Positions 1-12,607 of a DNA stretch of 64,000 nucleotides are shown here, piece by piece (the stretch's first letter is position 1; every line of letters starts with the position of its first letter). A program made the translations under genes and the position numbers. The stretch covers positions 44,640,001-44,704,000 of the forward strand of contig OX597820.1 of the NCBI GenBank assembly GCA_951406725.2, in the 5' to 3' direction. The DNA is from Octopus vulgaris. Its lineage: Eukaryota. A model generated the notes under the pieces. That model had not been told where the DNA came from, did no database searches, and saw nothing but the letters and a program-made list of their open reading frames with translations.

Positions 1-34
1 CAACATAAAACCACCCAGCACTCCGTAAAGTAAT

Positions 35-378
35 TTGTTTTAGTCATTAGACTGCAGCCGTGCGGGGTGGCACCAACTTGAATTTTTATTCAAACGAATT
101 GACCCCAGTACTTATATTTTAAAGCCTGGTTCTTATTCTGTTAGTCTCTTTTGCTGAGCCACCAAGTTATATGGGGATGTAAACACAGTAACACTTGTCA
201 AGCAGTGGTGGGGACAAACACACACATATCTACAATGGGTTTCTTTGAGTTTCCATCTACCAAATTCACTCACAAGGCTTTGGTCAGCCCAAAGCAATAG
301 TAGATGCTTGCCCAAGGTGCCATGTTGTATTGAACCCAAAGCCATGTGATTGAGAAGCAAGCATCTTATCACACACCC
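35..378 (-). mobile_element. tRNA-derived SINE family A, degraded copy
   Basis: Homologous to the copies at 2573-2954 and 37700-38094. Confidence 0.75.
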
Positions 379-506
379 AACACCTTTTCTTTCTTTCATT
401 CTTTTTCTTTTTTCAACAAGTTTACTGTAATGTCTGCTTTCCAGACTATTTTCTTTGTCTTGGATGTATTTTTGATACAGTGTTTCTATCAATATTCCTT
501 CTAATT

Positions 507-723
507 CCCAAGGCGGCAAGCTGGCAGAAACATTAGCACACCGGGTGAAATGCTTAGTGATATTTTGTCTGTCTTTACATTCTGAGTTCAAACTCCGCCG
601 AGGTCAACTTTGCCTTTCATCCTTCCAGGGTCAATAAATTAGGTACTAGTTGCGTACTGGGGTTAATCTAATCGACTGGCCCCCTCCCCCCAAATTTCAG
701 GCCTTGTACCTAGAGTAGAAAAG
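507..723 (+). mobile_element. tRNA-derived SINE family B with 16-bp TSD
   Basis: A-box/B-box-like head and core GCCTTTCATCCTT.. GGGTCRATAAA. TSD aatattccttctaatt at 491-506 and 724-739. Confidence 0.85.
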
Positions 724-1136
724 AATATTCCTTCTAATTTCTTCCTCATGGAATTCTTAGCAACTTAAAGACAACTGACAGATTTTGAAACAACTACAAC
801 TGTGAACATGGATGTAAAACAAAAAAAAATTATTGAATAACAAACCAAAGTAATATTTGTTGCTAATCTGAATTCCCCCATCCTATACACTTCTCGAGTG
901 TACAACTTCCTATTGTCACATGCTTTTGTTACCTAGAATGTTGATACCACAATAAAAAGAACTTACTGCACTCTGTCAAGTATTTGATGAACAAACCGGT
1001 GAGTACAGAATAGCAAGGCCTCTATAGTTTCATTGAGGACATGAGAATGTCTCAAGTGTCATGTCATGATAAAACGCACCCGGTACTCTTTAGTGGTTGG
1101 TGTTAGGAAGACATCAGGCTGTAGAAACATCACCAC

Positions 1137-1480
1137 CATCATCATCGTCATTTAATGTCTGTTTTCCATGCTGGCATGGGTTGGACGGTTTGACTGAGAT
1201 CTGGGGAGCCAGTGGCTGCACCAGGCTCCAATCTGATCTGGCAGTGTTTTTATAGCTGGATGCCCTTCCTAACGCCAACCACTCAGAGTGTAGTGGGTGC
1301 TTTTTACGTGCCACCGGCATGGGAACCAGTCAGTGGGTACTGGCATTGGCCGTGTTCAGATGGTGCTTTTTATGTGCCACCGGCATGGGAGCCAATCAGG
1401 TGGACCAGGCATTGACTACGTTCAGATGGTGCTTTTTACCTGCCACCGGCATGGAAGCCAGTCAGGGGACACTGGCATCT
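1137..1480 (-). mobile_element. RTE LINE 3'-end fragment with (GAT)n tail
   Basis: Same sequence as the 3' UTR of the RTE at 25710-29170. Further copies near 15660, 19880, 21205, 24135, 29393, 40168, 42336, 57670 and 59750. Confidence 0.8.
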
Positions 1481-2113
1481 TCTAAGATTAGATTTTATGA
1501 GCAAGACATGTTCTCTAATCTATGTCAGAAGCAGTTAATTCCAAATATGAAATGATTCAGGTTATGACAGTCCATCCAACCCATACTAGCCTGGAAAAAA
1601 GGTATAAAATAATGATAATCCTTTCTACTAAAGGCACAAGGACTGAAATTTTGGAGGAGGGGAATAGTTGATTACATCAACCCCAGTATTTGTCAAACAG
1701 TGGTTTGACAATGGGCTTCTTTCAGTTTCCACCTACCAAATCCTTTCACAAGACTTTGGTTGGCCTGAGATTATTGTAGAAGACACTTGCTCAAAGTGCC
1801 ATGCTATGCAACTGAACCCGGAATTATGTGGTTGGGAAGCAAGCTTCTTACCACACAGCCATATCTGCACCTATACCTGATCATAAAACCGTAAGATTTC
1901 TTTTATAGTAGTTAATTACAATTTTTTTTACTCTGTTTTCCAGCTAGCATTTGACCAGCTACCTACATACATAGAACACCTGAAGTTTATAACTGTGTTT
2001 CTTTGATATAATGGTACATGGAATTCCATATTGCCACAATGACTTCTTCTAAATTCTATTTTCAACTTTGCTTTTTATGTACCTCATGATATAATTGTTT
2101 CCATTTTCTTCAG

Positions 2114-2429
2114 GTTCAGTTTTGCTCCATGAGTGGTATAAAGAAGACTAAAAATGGGATTACAGATCATTCATACGTGGTCGCACGGTCTTGTGATGGA
2201 CGCAGTATCAAGGAACTACCATCATCATCTTCCAACGGCAAAAAATTTCCAGTGTCTGATGATTGTTCGGATTCAGAATCAGACTCTGGTTCTGAAACTC
2301 CCACAGAAGATTCAAATTCTGTTAGAAAATCTTTGCACCATGGCAGGAATTTAAGATCACCTAAGATGCTGCAGTCACCTGTGGTTCCACTCCAGGGAAG
2401 CATTTTTAAAGAGAAGAAATCAAAAAGCA
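2114..2429 (+). CDS. ORC1: ORC1 internal exon (end of BAH domain, start of disordered linker); first exon visible in window
   Basis: Acceptor ttttcttcag| and donor |gttagt. Open frame VQFCSMSGIKK...VVARSCDGRSIKELP...KKSKS. Its phase-1 end joins 3207 in frame, and the chain continues to unambiguous ORC1 AAA+ exons. Confidence 0.8.
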
Positions 2430-2572
2430 GTTAGTCTCGTATTTGTTTTTGTCTCTTTTAGATTAAACAAGGGAAGGAGGTGTTGTCAGTTGAATCAACC
2501 CTCACATATTACTGGTGTTCTTACATCAGCCTCAAACAGAGGAAAAGTCATATTCAGTATTTAATTTACACA

Positions 2573-2954
2573 GGCATAGGAGTGGCTGTGTGTTAAGTAG
2601 ATTGCTTACGAACCACATGGTTCTGGGTTCAGTCCCACTGTGTGGCACCTTGGGCAAGTGTCTTCTGCTATAGTCTCGGGCCGACCAAAGCCTTGTGAGT
2701 GGATTTGGTAGACAGAAACTGAAAGAAGCCCATCGTATATATATGTGTCTGTTTGTCTACCCCAACATCGCTTGACAACCGATGCTGGTGTGTTTACATC
2801 CCCGTAACTTAGTGGTTCGGCAAAAGAGAATAATAGAATAAGTACTAGGCTTACAAAGAATAAGTCCTGGGGTCGATTTGCCCGACTAAAGGCAGTGCTC
2901 CAGCATGGCCACAGTCAAATGACTAAAACAAGTAAAAGAGTAAGAGTAAAGAGT
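2573..2954 (+). mobile_element. tRNA-derived SINE family A, full length
   Basis: Head GGAGTGGCTGTGTG...GGGTTCAGTCCC, then GCACCTTGGGCAAGTG, and an AG-rich tail. Confidence 0.85.
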
Positions 2955-3206
2955 ATACTGAAATTACAATAATCTAAGATAATTATAACTGCCTCTCCTA
3001 AAAAGTCTCAAAACTTCTGGAACTCACTTCATATATTGATAGATAGATAGATGGATACTCACATGCATATATATACTCACACACATACATAGATACTTAG
3101 GTTGGTAGATGGATAGGCAGAAAGGCAAACAGACATTAATTGATTGATTTAATTAATTAGTTACTATTTTCTTAATTTCTGATTTGTTTTATTTAATCAT
3201 TTGCAG

Positions 3207-3549
3207 AACACCAAAGCAATTCAAAAACATCGAGAAAATTTAAATGCTCCCAGGTAGTTGATATGCTGGATGATGAGTCTGACAGCAGTTCTGATATGTC
3301 AGACATTAGTGAGAGTTCAGAAGCTTCCAGAGAAAATGGCCATCAATTAAACGGTCAGTCAAAATCCAATACAAGATTGAATACAAATCTTGATACTCCT
3401 CCAACAGCCACAAGAAATAAAACTCCTAAGAATGATTCATCAGCTATTAAGAACCATCATGCAGAGAAAACTCCTAAAAGAAGTGTACGTCGAGGGCTGG
3501 TCGAAGAATTTGAAACAGTCAAAAAGAATCCCTTTGGTCTCACTCTCAG
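3207..3549 (+). CDS. ORC1: ORC1 exon, disordered linker
   Basis: ttgcag| acceptor, |gttagt donor. Phase 1 in, phase 2 out. S/D/K-rich with TP sites; in frame with both neighbours. Confidence 0.85.
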
Positions 3550-4540
3550 GTTAGTTCATTTATTTTTTTACCAAATATTACAGGTCTTTTAGAATTCCTC
3601 CTGGCTAACTGATGTGGTATACTACCAGTCGACTAAATTAGGTCTTGATTATTTATATTCCATCAATGAAACTCCACCACGTTCAAGACCAAGACATGTT
3701 ATTAACTTTCGCTCAATTAGTTGTAAATAGGCACCATGAATAAGTTCAAGCTCGACTCAAGAATCAGCAGCAGTACAAAATGATATTATCAACTTTTTAG
3801 CATTCAGAGTCTTCTGTCGAATGTATTGTTTTGGGATTAATTATGCATTGTGCACTTGAGCAGGACACTTTATTTCATGTTGCTCCAGTCCACTCAGCTG
3901 GCAAAAGTGAGTAGTACCAGTAATATGAAGAGCCAGCCTTGTCGCATTCTGTGTCACTCTGAATCTCTCTGAGAACTACACTAAGGGTATGCATGTATAT
4001 GGAGTGCTCAGCCAGTTTCATTTTAATCTCATGAGCAGGCTGCTTCATTGATCAGATCAACTGGAACCCTCATCGTCATAACCAACAAGTATAGGGTAGA
4101 TGGCTGGGGCCAGGTCTGGCCAGTTTGAACATAAAACAGGTAACATTTTTTGGCCAGTTTGAGTGCTAAATGGTTAAGTCCTTTCTTAGCCAAGTTCAAA
4201 TTCTTCCATGAGTACAGCTTGATTTTGCTAAGATTTTGCTAGACTGATTTGTCCTATGGGGTATTGTTCTCAGTTCAGTGGAGAATGTTGGTGGGTAGTT
4301 TGCATTTAAGTAAGCTAGAACTGATGTGAGCTTCTACTTTTTCTGGATTGAATAGTAATTGTTACTATTCTGTCTTAAATTTCCTTGTGTTGGTCTCTCT
4401 TTGTGTTTCTACACTAGTTCACACACTTATCTTTAGCCCAGTTTTAGCTGATGTTTAGAAGAAAACCAAAAGTGTTTATTGTAATACAAACACTAGAAAG
4501 GTACTCTTCCTAAGTTTGATGCGTTCAACATACATATACA

Positions 4541-5672
4541 ACTCTGTGCCACACAAAAGGCTTATGGTGAAACTCTCTGCAATGGGTGTGGGGGATGACC
4601 TTTTTAACTGGTTGAAATCCTTCATCCTCAGCCGAAAGGAGGTAGTCACAGTTCTAGGACAGCACTCTACACCATATGAGATGTCATCGGGTGTACCACA
4701 GGGATCTGTCCTTGGTCCCCTCTTGTTTGTGGCATACATTAATGACATAGATGCCAATTTAAAGAATGCCACAGTATTGAAATATGCAGACGACATCAAG
4801 CTGTACCTTGAAATCAAGAGGACTGATCCTGATGTCTACAACTCTTTCCTGCAATCAGACCTAGACACAATGCAGCAATGGATCACAGACTGGCAACTGA
4901 AACTGGCTGTGGACAAGTGTACCACCATGCATTTTGGGAGAAAAAACCCTGCGTCCACATACTCCCTCCACAACACTGATATCAAGAAATCCTCTTGCGA
5001 GCGTGACCTAGGCATCACTGTCAGCAGTGATTTGCGTTGGACAAAGCATATCTCTAAAATTGTCAAGAAGGCCGAGGGAGTCTTGGCATCACTCAGCAAG
5101 ACTTTTGTTAGCCGCTCTCCAGCCATCTATCTAAAACTGTATACAGCTATGGTACGACCACACTTGGAATTCGCATCATCAGTTTGGAACCCCTATCTTG
5201 CTCAGAACATTGACCTCCTGGAATCTGTCCAGAGACGTGCAACCAAACGCATACCCTCCATCAGACACCTACCATATTCTGAGCGCCTTGTTTCCCTGGG
5301 CATGGATTCATTGAAGCTCCGGCGTCTGGCGACGGACTTGGTAAACACCCACAAAGTTATCAACCACCTCACCAACAACAACACTGAACACCTTTTTGAT
5401 CTCCATGTGTCTAACACACGTGGACATGCCTACAAAGTCAGAAAACAACACAGCTCCCATGACTTTCGGAAACATTTTTTCACGCTCAGAGTTGCTGAAG
5501 CATGGAATAAACTGCCTGCGTCAGTTGTTGACTGCCATGACACTGCATCCTTTAAGGCCCTCATGCTTTCCGAAATCCGCCGAAACTACACCTGATTATA
5601 TATACACTTTAGATGAGTTGTAGTGCACCTGAGCACTGTACACAATTATTATTATTATTATTATTATTATTA
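4541..5672 (+). mobile_element. 5'-truncated CR1-clade LINE (RT C-terminal half, uninterrupted) with (ATT)n tail
   Basis: ORF 4516-5595 has SGVPQGSVLGP, YADD, ERDLGI and the CR1 C-terminus TRGH..FF..RV...WN.LP. Short 3' UTR, then (ATT)n. Confidence 0.93.
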
Positions 5673-5694
5673 TACATACACACACACAAAATAT

Positions 5695-6125
5695 GGCTGT
5701 GTGGTTAAGCAGTTAACTTTGTGACTATGTGGTCTCAAGTTTAGTCCCACTGCATAGCAGCTTGATCAAATGCATTCTACAGTGGCATTGAGTCAACCAA
5801 AAGCCTTGTGAGTGAATTTGATTGATAGAAACTAAAAGTAAGCCTGTAGTGTATGTATGTGTGTTGGGATGGAGGGGAGGGTGGTCTATGTCTTCTTGAC
5901 TTGTCATTATGCACTAATTGTAAATAGGCATCACTGTCATGTAAGTGAAGCTCTTTGTTTTCAATCTCCCTTGTAAACATCTCCAAACTAGGGGTAATGT
6001 TACCTTGCTTACAAACAGTTATGAGTTGAGGAAGGAAGAACATTTGGCTATAAAAGTATGCTTCAATGAATCTCATCTGACCCACACAAGCATGGAAAAG
6101 TGGATATTAAAATGCTGATGAAAAC
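5695..6125 (+). mobile_element. SINE with family A head and RTE-like 3' tail
   Basis: Family A head; ends AGCATGGAAAAGTGGA...ATGATG like the RTE tail. Similar copies at 16608-16985 (-), 25303-25620 (-) and 46083-46550 (+). Confidence 0.7.
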
Positions 6126-6969
6126 TATGATGATATGCAATGAAAATGTGGCATGACAATTGAAGACTTCATCTTCCTTTCATGTCATGGTCAAATAAAC
6201 CTGAAAAACCTCCCAAGTCATTTGAACTTGGAATAAAGTTGTAAACATGATGATCTTAGCTCTGTGAGTTGATTTGGTAGGTGGAAACTGAAAGAAGCCT
6301 GCCATGTATATATATGTATGTTGTGTTATTGTTCCCTTGCCTTGACATCACATGATCGTTGTAAACAAGTGTCACCATCATTCAAGCAGTGTCCTTTGTT
6401 TTCAAACTTTCATGGAAACATGTCTGTTTATGGGGAAATATTACCTTACTCGGAAACAGGTAAGGATCAGTGACAGGAAGGGCATCCAGCGCGGAAAAGT
6501 AGACATTAAAATGGTGATGATATATGTCATTAGTCAACCTAAGGTTTTAGTAGAAAAGACATGCTCAAAGTGCCATGATGTGGGACTGAACCCAAAAACA
6601 CTGTTGTAAGATCAACTTCTAAACTACACAGTCATCCCTGCATCCAATATTCAATTACTTCTTCAATTTATTATCCATAAACTAACCACTTCTCTAAATA
6701 TTTGTTTCCCTCTGCCTCAGTGCTTCTTCTCATATGTTTATACAAGCAAAACGTCCCCCATCCAATGGATAGTGCTGAGTCGTCAAATATTTAAACAAAA
6801 TTTTCTCAAAACAACTTGTCCGACCATCCCATAGGCCTCCCCTTTGAGAAACACTGATCTAACCTAAATTTGAGACACCAGCAAAAGAAGGAATAAAGAT
6901 AGACTTTTTCTCTTTTCCAAAGAAAAACGATTTTATTCACACAAATATGCAACCGAAGCGTTTAAAGTA

Positions 6970-7202
6970 CCAGTAAGTACATCGCAACAGCTGATGTACT
7001 TGCGCGTACAAATACACGTTCCCACAGCTTTATCGATCGCATTCTCATCTGGAATCGATTTTTGTAATTTTTTCAAGACTTATACATGCCCTGATACCGT
7101 CAGTATCTACATATCAAATTTGAGCACAATCAAGTAGAGGATGCCCGAGATCCTAGAAGACACACACAAAGACAGACAGAACGGATTTTATATAATAGAA
7201 GA
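6970..7202 (-). mobile_element. Non-autonomous Helitron
   Basis: 5' A|TC TTCTATTATATA, subterminal hairpin AAGTACATC/GATGTACTT, 3' CTGG|T. Confidence 0.65.
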
Positions 7203-7504
7203 TATGTTTATATATTCTATCTCTTTGTGTTTTTTTTTGCCTTCTCTTGTTTTCTCTCACTTTAGTTTCAATTTTTTTGGGGTGGAGTTTTCCCCCATAA
7301 CAACCTTATCTGATTTTGTTTCCTCTGTATTTGACTAAATTCCAAACCTTTTAAGGTGTGATATCATTATATAGTTTTATGCTGCTGATCTTATATTTTT
7401 GACATATATTTCCACAATTAACATTTTTCCTCATCATCATCATTGTTGTCATTGTCATTACCGTTATATTTAACATCTTTTATGTACTCTAAATTTTTGT
7501 GTAG

Positions 7505-8147
7505 GAGGAAGGTAGCATCTGTTGATCTTGTGAATCTTTTGGATGAAGCAAGTTCTGAAGAAGATAATTTTGATTCAGATAGTGTATCCAGTTTTAAATC
7601 AAAAGATTCAAGGCTGTCTGAAAAAGTTGCTCCTGATGAGAAAAGGAAACTTAGAGGAACTGATAAAAACAACAATACTCCATTAAAGGTCAAAGTTAAA
7701 ACCAAAACAAAGAACAACAGTGTATCAAAGAGTAAGATAAAATCTGAAGAATTTGACAAGAAATCAGCGACTGTCAAACATGTGACTCCATTGAAGTTAC
7801 AACTTGATAACAGTACATTGCGTAAGTCTTGTCGCAAAAGAAAGTTGGTCTCAAACTACAATGGTGAGAATGAGAAGAAAACAGATAGTCCTCAAGTGAA
7901 ACAAAATTTGTCCTCAAAGAAATCAGGTCACAAAGAGAAAGTGTCCAAAAAGTCAAAATCAACTGATTTGTCTTCTGATGAATACAGCCCTTCCAGTGAT
8001 TCTGAAACTGATGGCACTTTTGATGATGATAATGATGATGATGATGATGATGACGACTTTGTGACAAGCAAAAAGACCCCACGATCTTCTGTAAAGAAAA
8101 AAATTTTGAGTGAGCAAAAAACTTCCAAGTCTTTTAAAAGTAACAAG
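7505..8147 (+). CDS. ORC1: ORC1 exon, K/S-rich disordered linker with poly-Asp tract
   Basis: ttttgtgtag| acceptor, AAG|gtaagg donor. Phase 2 in, phase 0 out. Lies within ORF 7443-8243. Confidence 0.85.
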
Positions 8148-8629
8148 GTAAGGAATTTTATGTACTGGAATGATTTGGTATTTTACTTCATCTTCAATAC
8201 AATATATTGTTATTTTGCTTTAAAACAAGGACAAAACATTTGATTTAGATCAGAAGGATTGAGTTTTTGGTTTATCAAAACATCAGGTCTATCAATTAGA
8301 AATTTCAAACTGGGTGGGGGAAATGGAAAAGAGTAAATCTTCAATTAAAACTTCCATTCCTTGTTTAAATTTTATTTCATGTCCTGAGAATCTCTTCCTC
8401 GTTACCACCACCATCATCATCACTCTCATTTTATGTTTTTTTTTTTCATGCTTGTATGGCTTGGCTGGATCTTCTCTTGCACAATGTTTTATCACTGGAT
8501 GCAATCATCTCCTTTGAGAATTTCACTATTCTGCATATTTCATCTTTTTATAGCTCCATTACCTTAATTTGTAATTTTTATCTCCCTGTTACTCATCTCT
8601 CATAATTCGTATTTCATATCCCCTCTCCC

Positions 8630-9650
8630 TATCATCATCATCATCATCATCATCATCATTTTTAGGTCCGTTTTCCATGCTAGCATGGTTGGAGTTCTAC
8701 GTCTGTGAAGCCAGAACTCATGCCCAGTCAAATCTGGCAGTGTTTCTTGGCTGGATGCCCTTCCAAGCCAACCACTCCGTGAGTGAGTGGGTGTTTTACG
8801 ACATGGTACCAGACAGAGCTGGCCGGCCACGAACGGATGGTGCTGGCCACCGGCACGAGGGCCAGGCGAGGCTGGCAACGGACACGAAACGGGCGGTGCT
8901 GGCAACGGTCGCGAAACAGAAAGTTCTCTTACATGCCACCGGCACTGGTAACACATCTGCAATTTCCATTGATCGATTTCAATTCTGATCCTCAATGGGT
9001 CTTCACAAGCAGAGTTTCGACATGCCACCGGCACTGGTAGCACATCCGCAATTTCCATTGATCGATTTCGATTCTGATCCTCACTTGCCTCAACACGTCT
9101 TCACAAGTAGAGTTTTGTGTCCCAAGAAGGGAAGGTATGCATACGTAGGCTGGCTCCATCCCGTGTAGAAGGCCACGGGTTGTGGACTCACTTGTCCTGC
9201 CGGGTCTTCTCGCGCACAGCACACTTCCAGAGGTCTCGGTCTCTAGTCATTTCCTCAGTGAGACCTAAAGTTCGAAGGTCGTGCTTCACCACCTCGTCCC
9301 AGGTTTTCCTGGGTCTGCCTCTTCCACAGGTTCCCTCAACCGCTAGGGTGTGGCACTTTTTCACACAACTATCTTCATCCATTCTCACCACATGACCATA
9401 CCAGCGCAAACGTCTCTCTTGCACACCACAACTGATGCTTCTTAGGTCCAGCTTTTCTCTCAAGGTACTTACACTCTGCCGAGTGTGAGTACCGGCATTA
9501 CACATCCATCGGAGCATACTGGCTTCATTTCTAGCGAGCTTACGCATATCCTCAGCAGTCACGGCCCATGTTTCACTGCCATGTAGCATGGCTGTTTGTA
9601 CACACGCATCATACAGTCTGCCTTTCACTCTGTGCGAGAGGCCTTTTGTC
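8630..9650 (-). mobile_element. 5'-truncated RTE LINE
   Basis: ORF 9188-9673 (LRWYGHVVRM...GRGRPRKTW), the shared 3' UTR and a (GAT)n tail. Internal tandem duplication of about 90 bp at 8930-9115. Confidence 0.9.
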
Positions 9651-10923
9651 CTCATCATATTCTCAATTTTCATTACTTGTTATTTTGTGTCTACATTACC
9701 TCAAGTCTTGTCATCATTATCCTTCCCAAACTCTGCTCCAACATGGGTCAGACAAAAATATGCTGGAGCAAAACTTTCTATGGCAGGATACTTTTCCCTT
9801 ATTTACTTGCAAGTGGAGAAATAATCTTACAGTCTGATGAACAGCAAACAACCCACAGGGATTCCTGGCTTGTCTTCAGATTGGTGACTTTGTCCAAAGT
9901 TTTGCAACACAGTGGACCATAGACGAAGGGAATTTATTAAAGCAAGTGTTAGATTAATTCTACCTCCTGTGAACACCCAGTGGGCTTTATATAGTTTCTA
10001 TTTTCCCATTTCACTTCCAAACTAATTGATGCTTAAAATAATGGTACTCAGAGAGTGATTGCTAGCAAATGTTTCTCCCGCTAAAACCAGCCCAATCCCC
10101 ACTTGCCAATATTAGTGCCTTCTCCCATTATTAATTAGAAGAAAGTTTACTTCCATATAATTTTTGTTTTTTCACCTGTATCAGACGAGTTCAAAGCTAC
10201 TGTAATTTTATCGAACACGGCAGTTTGTTCGCTCCATTTTCGATCGTCACTATTTCCCCTTTCTGTCATAGAAACACAGGTTTAAGCATTATTACCTCCG
10301 AGCGCCTTAATTTTTAACCTCTGTTGGTTTTATGGGTGCCAGTTCGAAATCTTGGGTGTGGTAGTGGTGGGGGTCTATTTATTATCTCCCTTGAAGAATG
10401 TTTCTTTTTCAGTTGTTTCCCCTGAGGACACAACACTGTGGATAAGAATAATTTAAATTTAGCATTACGTTTATCACTATAAATTTTTCATTATTACAGA
10501 AAAGACAGGTCTACGGTTTTGTTTCGCTTTCTAGCCACTTCATTAGTGACCTGTGGAATAAAATGATTTGAAACACAAACCTGGTCCGACTGTGAGGCTC
10601 TACCTTGGGAGTTCAGGGGTTTTAGAGAGTAAGAGGTTATCTTTTAGTCATCACTACCCCAAAGTTTGCTGTGGCTCTTGAATAGTAGAACCTTTCAAGG
10701 ACTGCAGTTACGAGTCATATAGAAGAAAACGGCTTTGTTGCTAAGGCATACAGGACTCAGAAGACGACTGGCCCTTAGAACATGTGTTACACAGGCCCAC
10801 AGGTATATGGACATGCCCTATCATGTGAACCAGTCTCTCTGCTTGTGGTTTAAATAGACACTGTGTCTCAAGGGTAAGCTTGAGAGAACTGTAAATAACC
10901 TGGCAGAATGCTACAAAAATCTA

Positions 10924-11135
10924 TGAAGGATGCTGAAAAGTTCCTGGCTTTCGGTAAAGAAAAATACTGGAGGATCAATTATGATTTTATTCAACTTATT
11001 CTCCTCTCAGATTCACACATTTATTGTATCAGTCCTTCAGTTTTTCTAAGCCCCGTAAAACAACTCAGACGTTTGGGCCTCCAACCAGACTTTATGCAAT
11101 ACATTTAAGGCCAAGGACTTTTCAGCAGCCCCTTG
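10924..11135. mobile_element. Mariner-like MITE
   Basis: Imperfect TIRs TGCTGAAAAGTTCCTGGCTTT / AAGGCCAAGGACTTTTCAGCA with TA on both sides. Confidence 0.7.
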
Positions 11136-11619
11136 TATAGAGAAAAATCAGGTATCTTCTGACTTTGACATGGTGGTGCATGATCACTAATGCCTGTTGA
11201 CATGACACATGAAGAAAGAGAATGTGTTCATAGAAGAATTGACAGTGTCCAGCAAAATACTTTTTTTTTTTTTTGTATTTTGGCTTATGTTCCTTTACAT
11301 CCTGTGCTCAAATCACACCCACGCCAAGTTTGCCTTTCTACTTTCTGAGGTCAATAAAACAAGTGCTAATCAAACACTGGGGTTTACTATAATCAATTAT
11401 GCCTTTGAAAGATCTTAGATGGCAGAAACCAGTGAAAGAATAAAATAGTTGGATGGACTAGGTGCTTTGCTCATTTAGTCTCATGCCTTATACAGTCCAA
11501 ATTAGATATCATTTTGCTTTTCATACCTTTTGGGCCGACTATATATATATGTATATATAACAATATAAATAAAATATATATGCATATATACATACATACA
11601 TACATATATATGTATATAT

Positions 11620-12160
11620 GTGTACAGGACGTCACAAAACATAAACAACATGAAACACAAAAATAGATTTGGGTATGCTAACAACGAGAGAAACAAATGG
11701 AAAACAAGACAAGAAGATAAAGAACAACCCTTCATCAGTTGTCAGCTGTCTATCTACTCCTCATTTTGAGCATTGAACGACAATATGAGATTTTGAGAGG
11801 TAGTTGCTCCCGCGAACCATAATTAAATTTGGGATTTGCAGAGGGTTAAAGTTGGAAACAAAAACAGGACAGTGGAGACATACAATAAACCAAATGAAAA
11901 CAAACATGCAGGGCCATTAGGCCAGACAAGGTAAAAGTAGCAAACACTGGAGAAATATTGTCTTTGACAAGAGAAAAGATAGAAGAGGAGACAGATAAGA
12001 ATGCTTGTGGTCTGTTTGACAGACTGACGGAAAAGAAAGATGGACGATGGTCATGTGTGAGCAACAAGAGAGAGTAAAAGAGAAAGAGGGTGAGAGAGAG
12101 AGATAGAAAACAGTGAAGTGGGGAAAACAATTAGAGAAAGGATGAGAGAAAATAGTACAG
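11620..12160 (-). mobile_element. Unclassified non-autonomous element with structured HHR-like core
   Basis: Pyrimidine-rich 5' part, structured core at 11721-11810, GT-rich tail into a TA-rich microsatellite. Its terminal 20 bp recur near 12700. Confidence 0.5.
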
Positions 12161-12224
12161 AGTAGAGTTGCATCAAAATTATTTAGATAAGCTTACTTGG
12201 AAATGGATGCATGGTTTTCAATCA

Positions 12225-12607
12225 TCTCTATATATATAAACGGCAGTTTGTCTGTGCGTGTTTCTGTGTGTCTGTTTGCTTGTACCCTCACCCTGACCAC
12301 GGCTTTCAACCGATTCTGATGAAACTTGACACACACATAGCCCAATGTCATAATTCAAAACTAACGCAGCGAAAATTTTGAAAAGTTCACCCAGTTCTGA
12401 AAAATATCGCTAAATTCGACATGGGGTCGAGAATCCGAAACACAAACCACAAACTGTCTAGGGGACGCAACTCCACCTTTTTTAACTCTCAAAAAAATTT
12501 ACCATCATTTTTTTCCATTTTTTTGCTATTTTTTGGCTATAACTCTCTACAAATGCTTTATAGTTATTTCCCTTACAAACCTGAGCAACGCCGGGCGATA
12601 CTGCTAG
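12225..12607 (+). mobile_element. Non-autonomous Helitron
   Basis: A|TC start, GC-rich subterminal hairpin, CTAG|T end, no TSD. Confidence 0.8.

Noticed and set aside
4476-5417. Minus-strand ORFs over the CR1 element
   Set aside because: Antisense shadows of the RT ORF.
7418-8146. Minus-strand hydrophobic or His-rich ORFs
   Set aside because: Antisense to a low-complexity ORC1 exon.
12316-12330. CTGATGAAAC hammerhead-like string
   Set aside because: Part of the Helitron body; no room for stem II and no stems I or III. Isolated CTGATGA at 9834, 17713, 18084, 44398 and 58054 also lack a paired GAAA.
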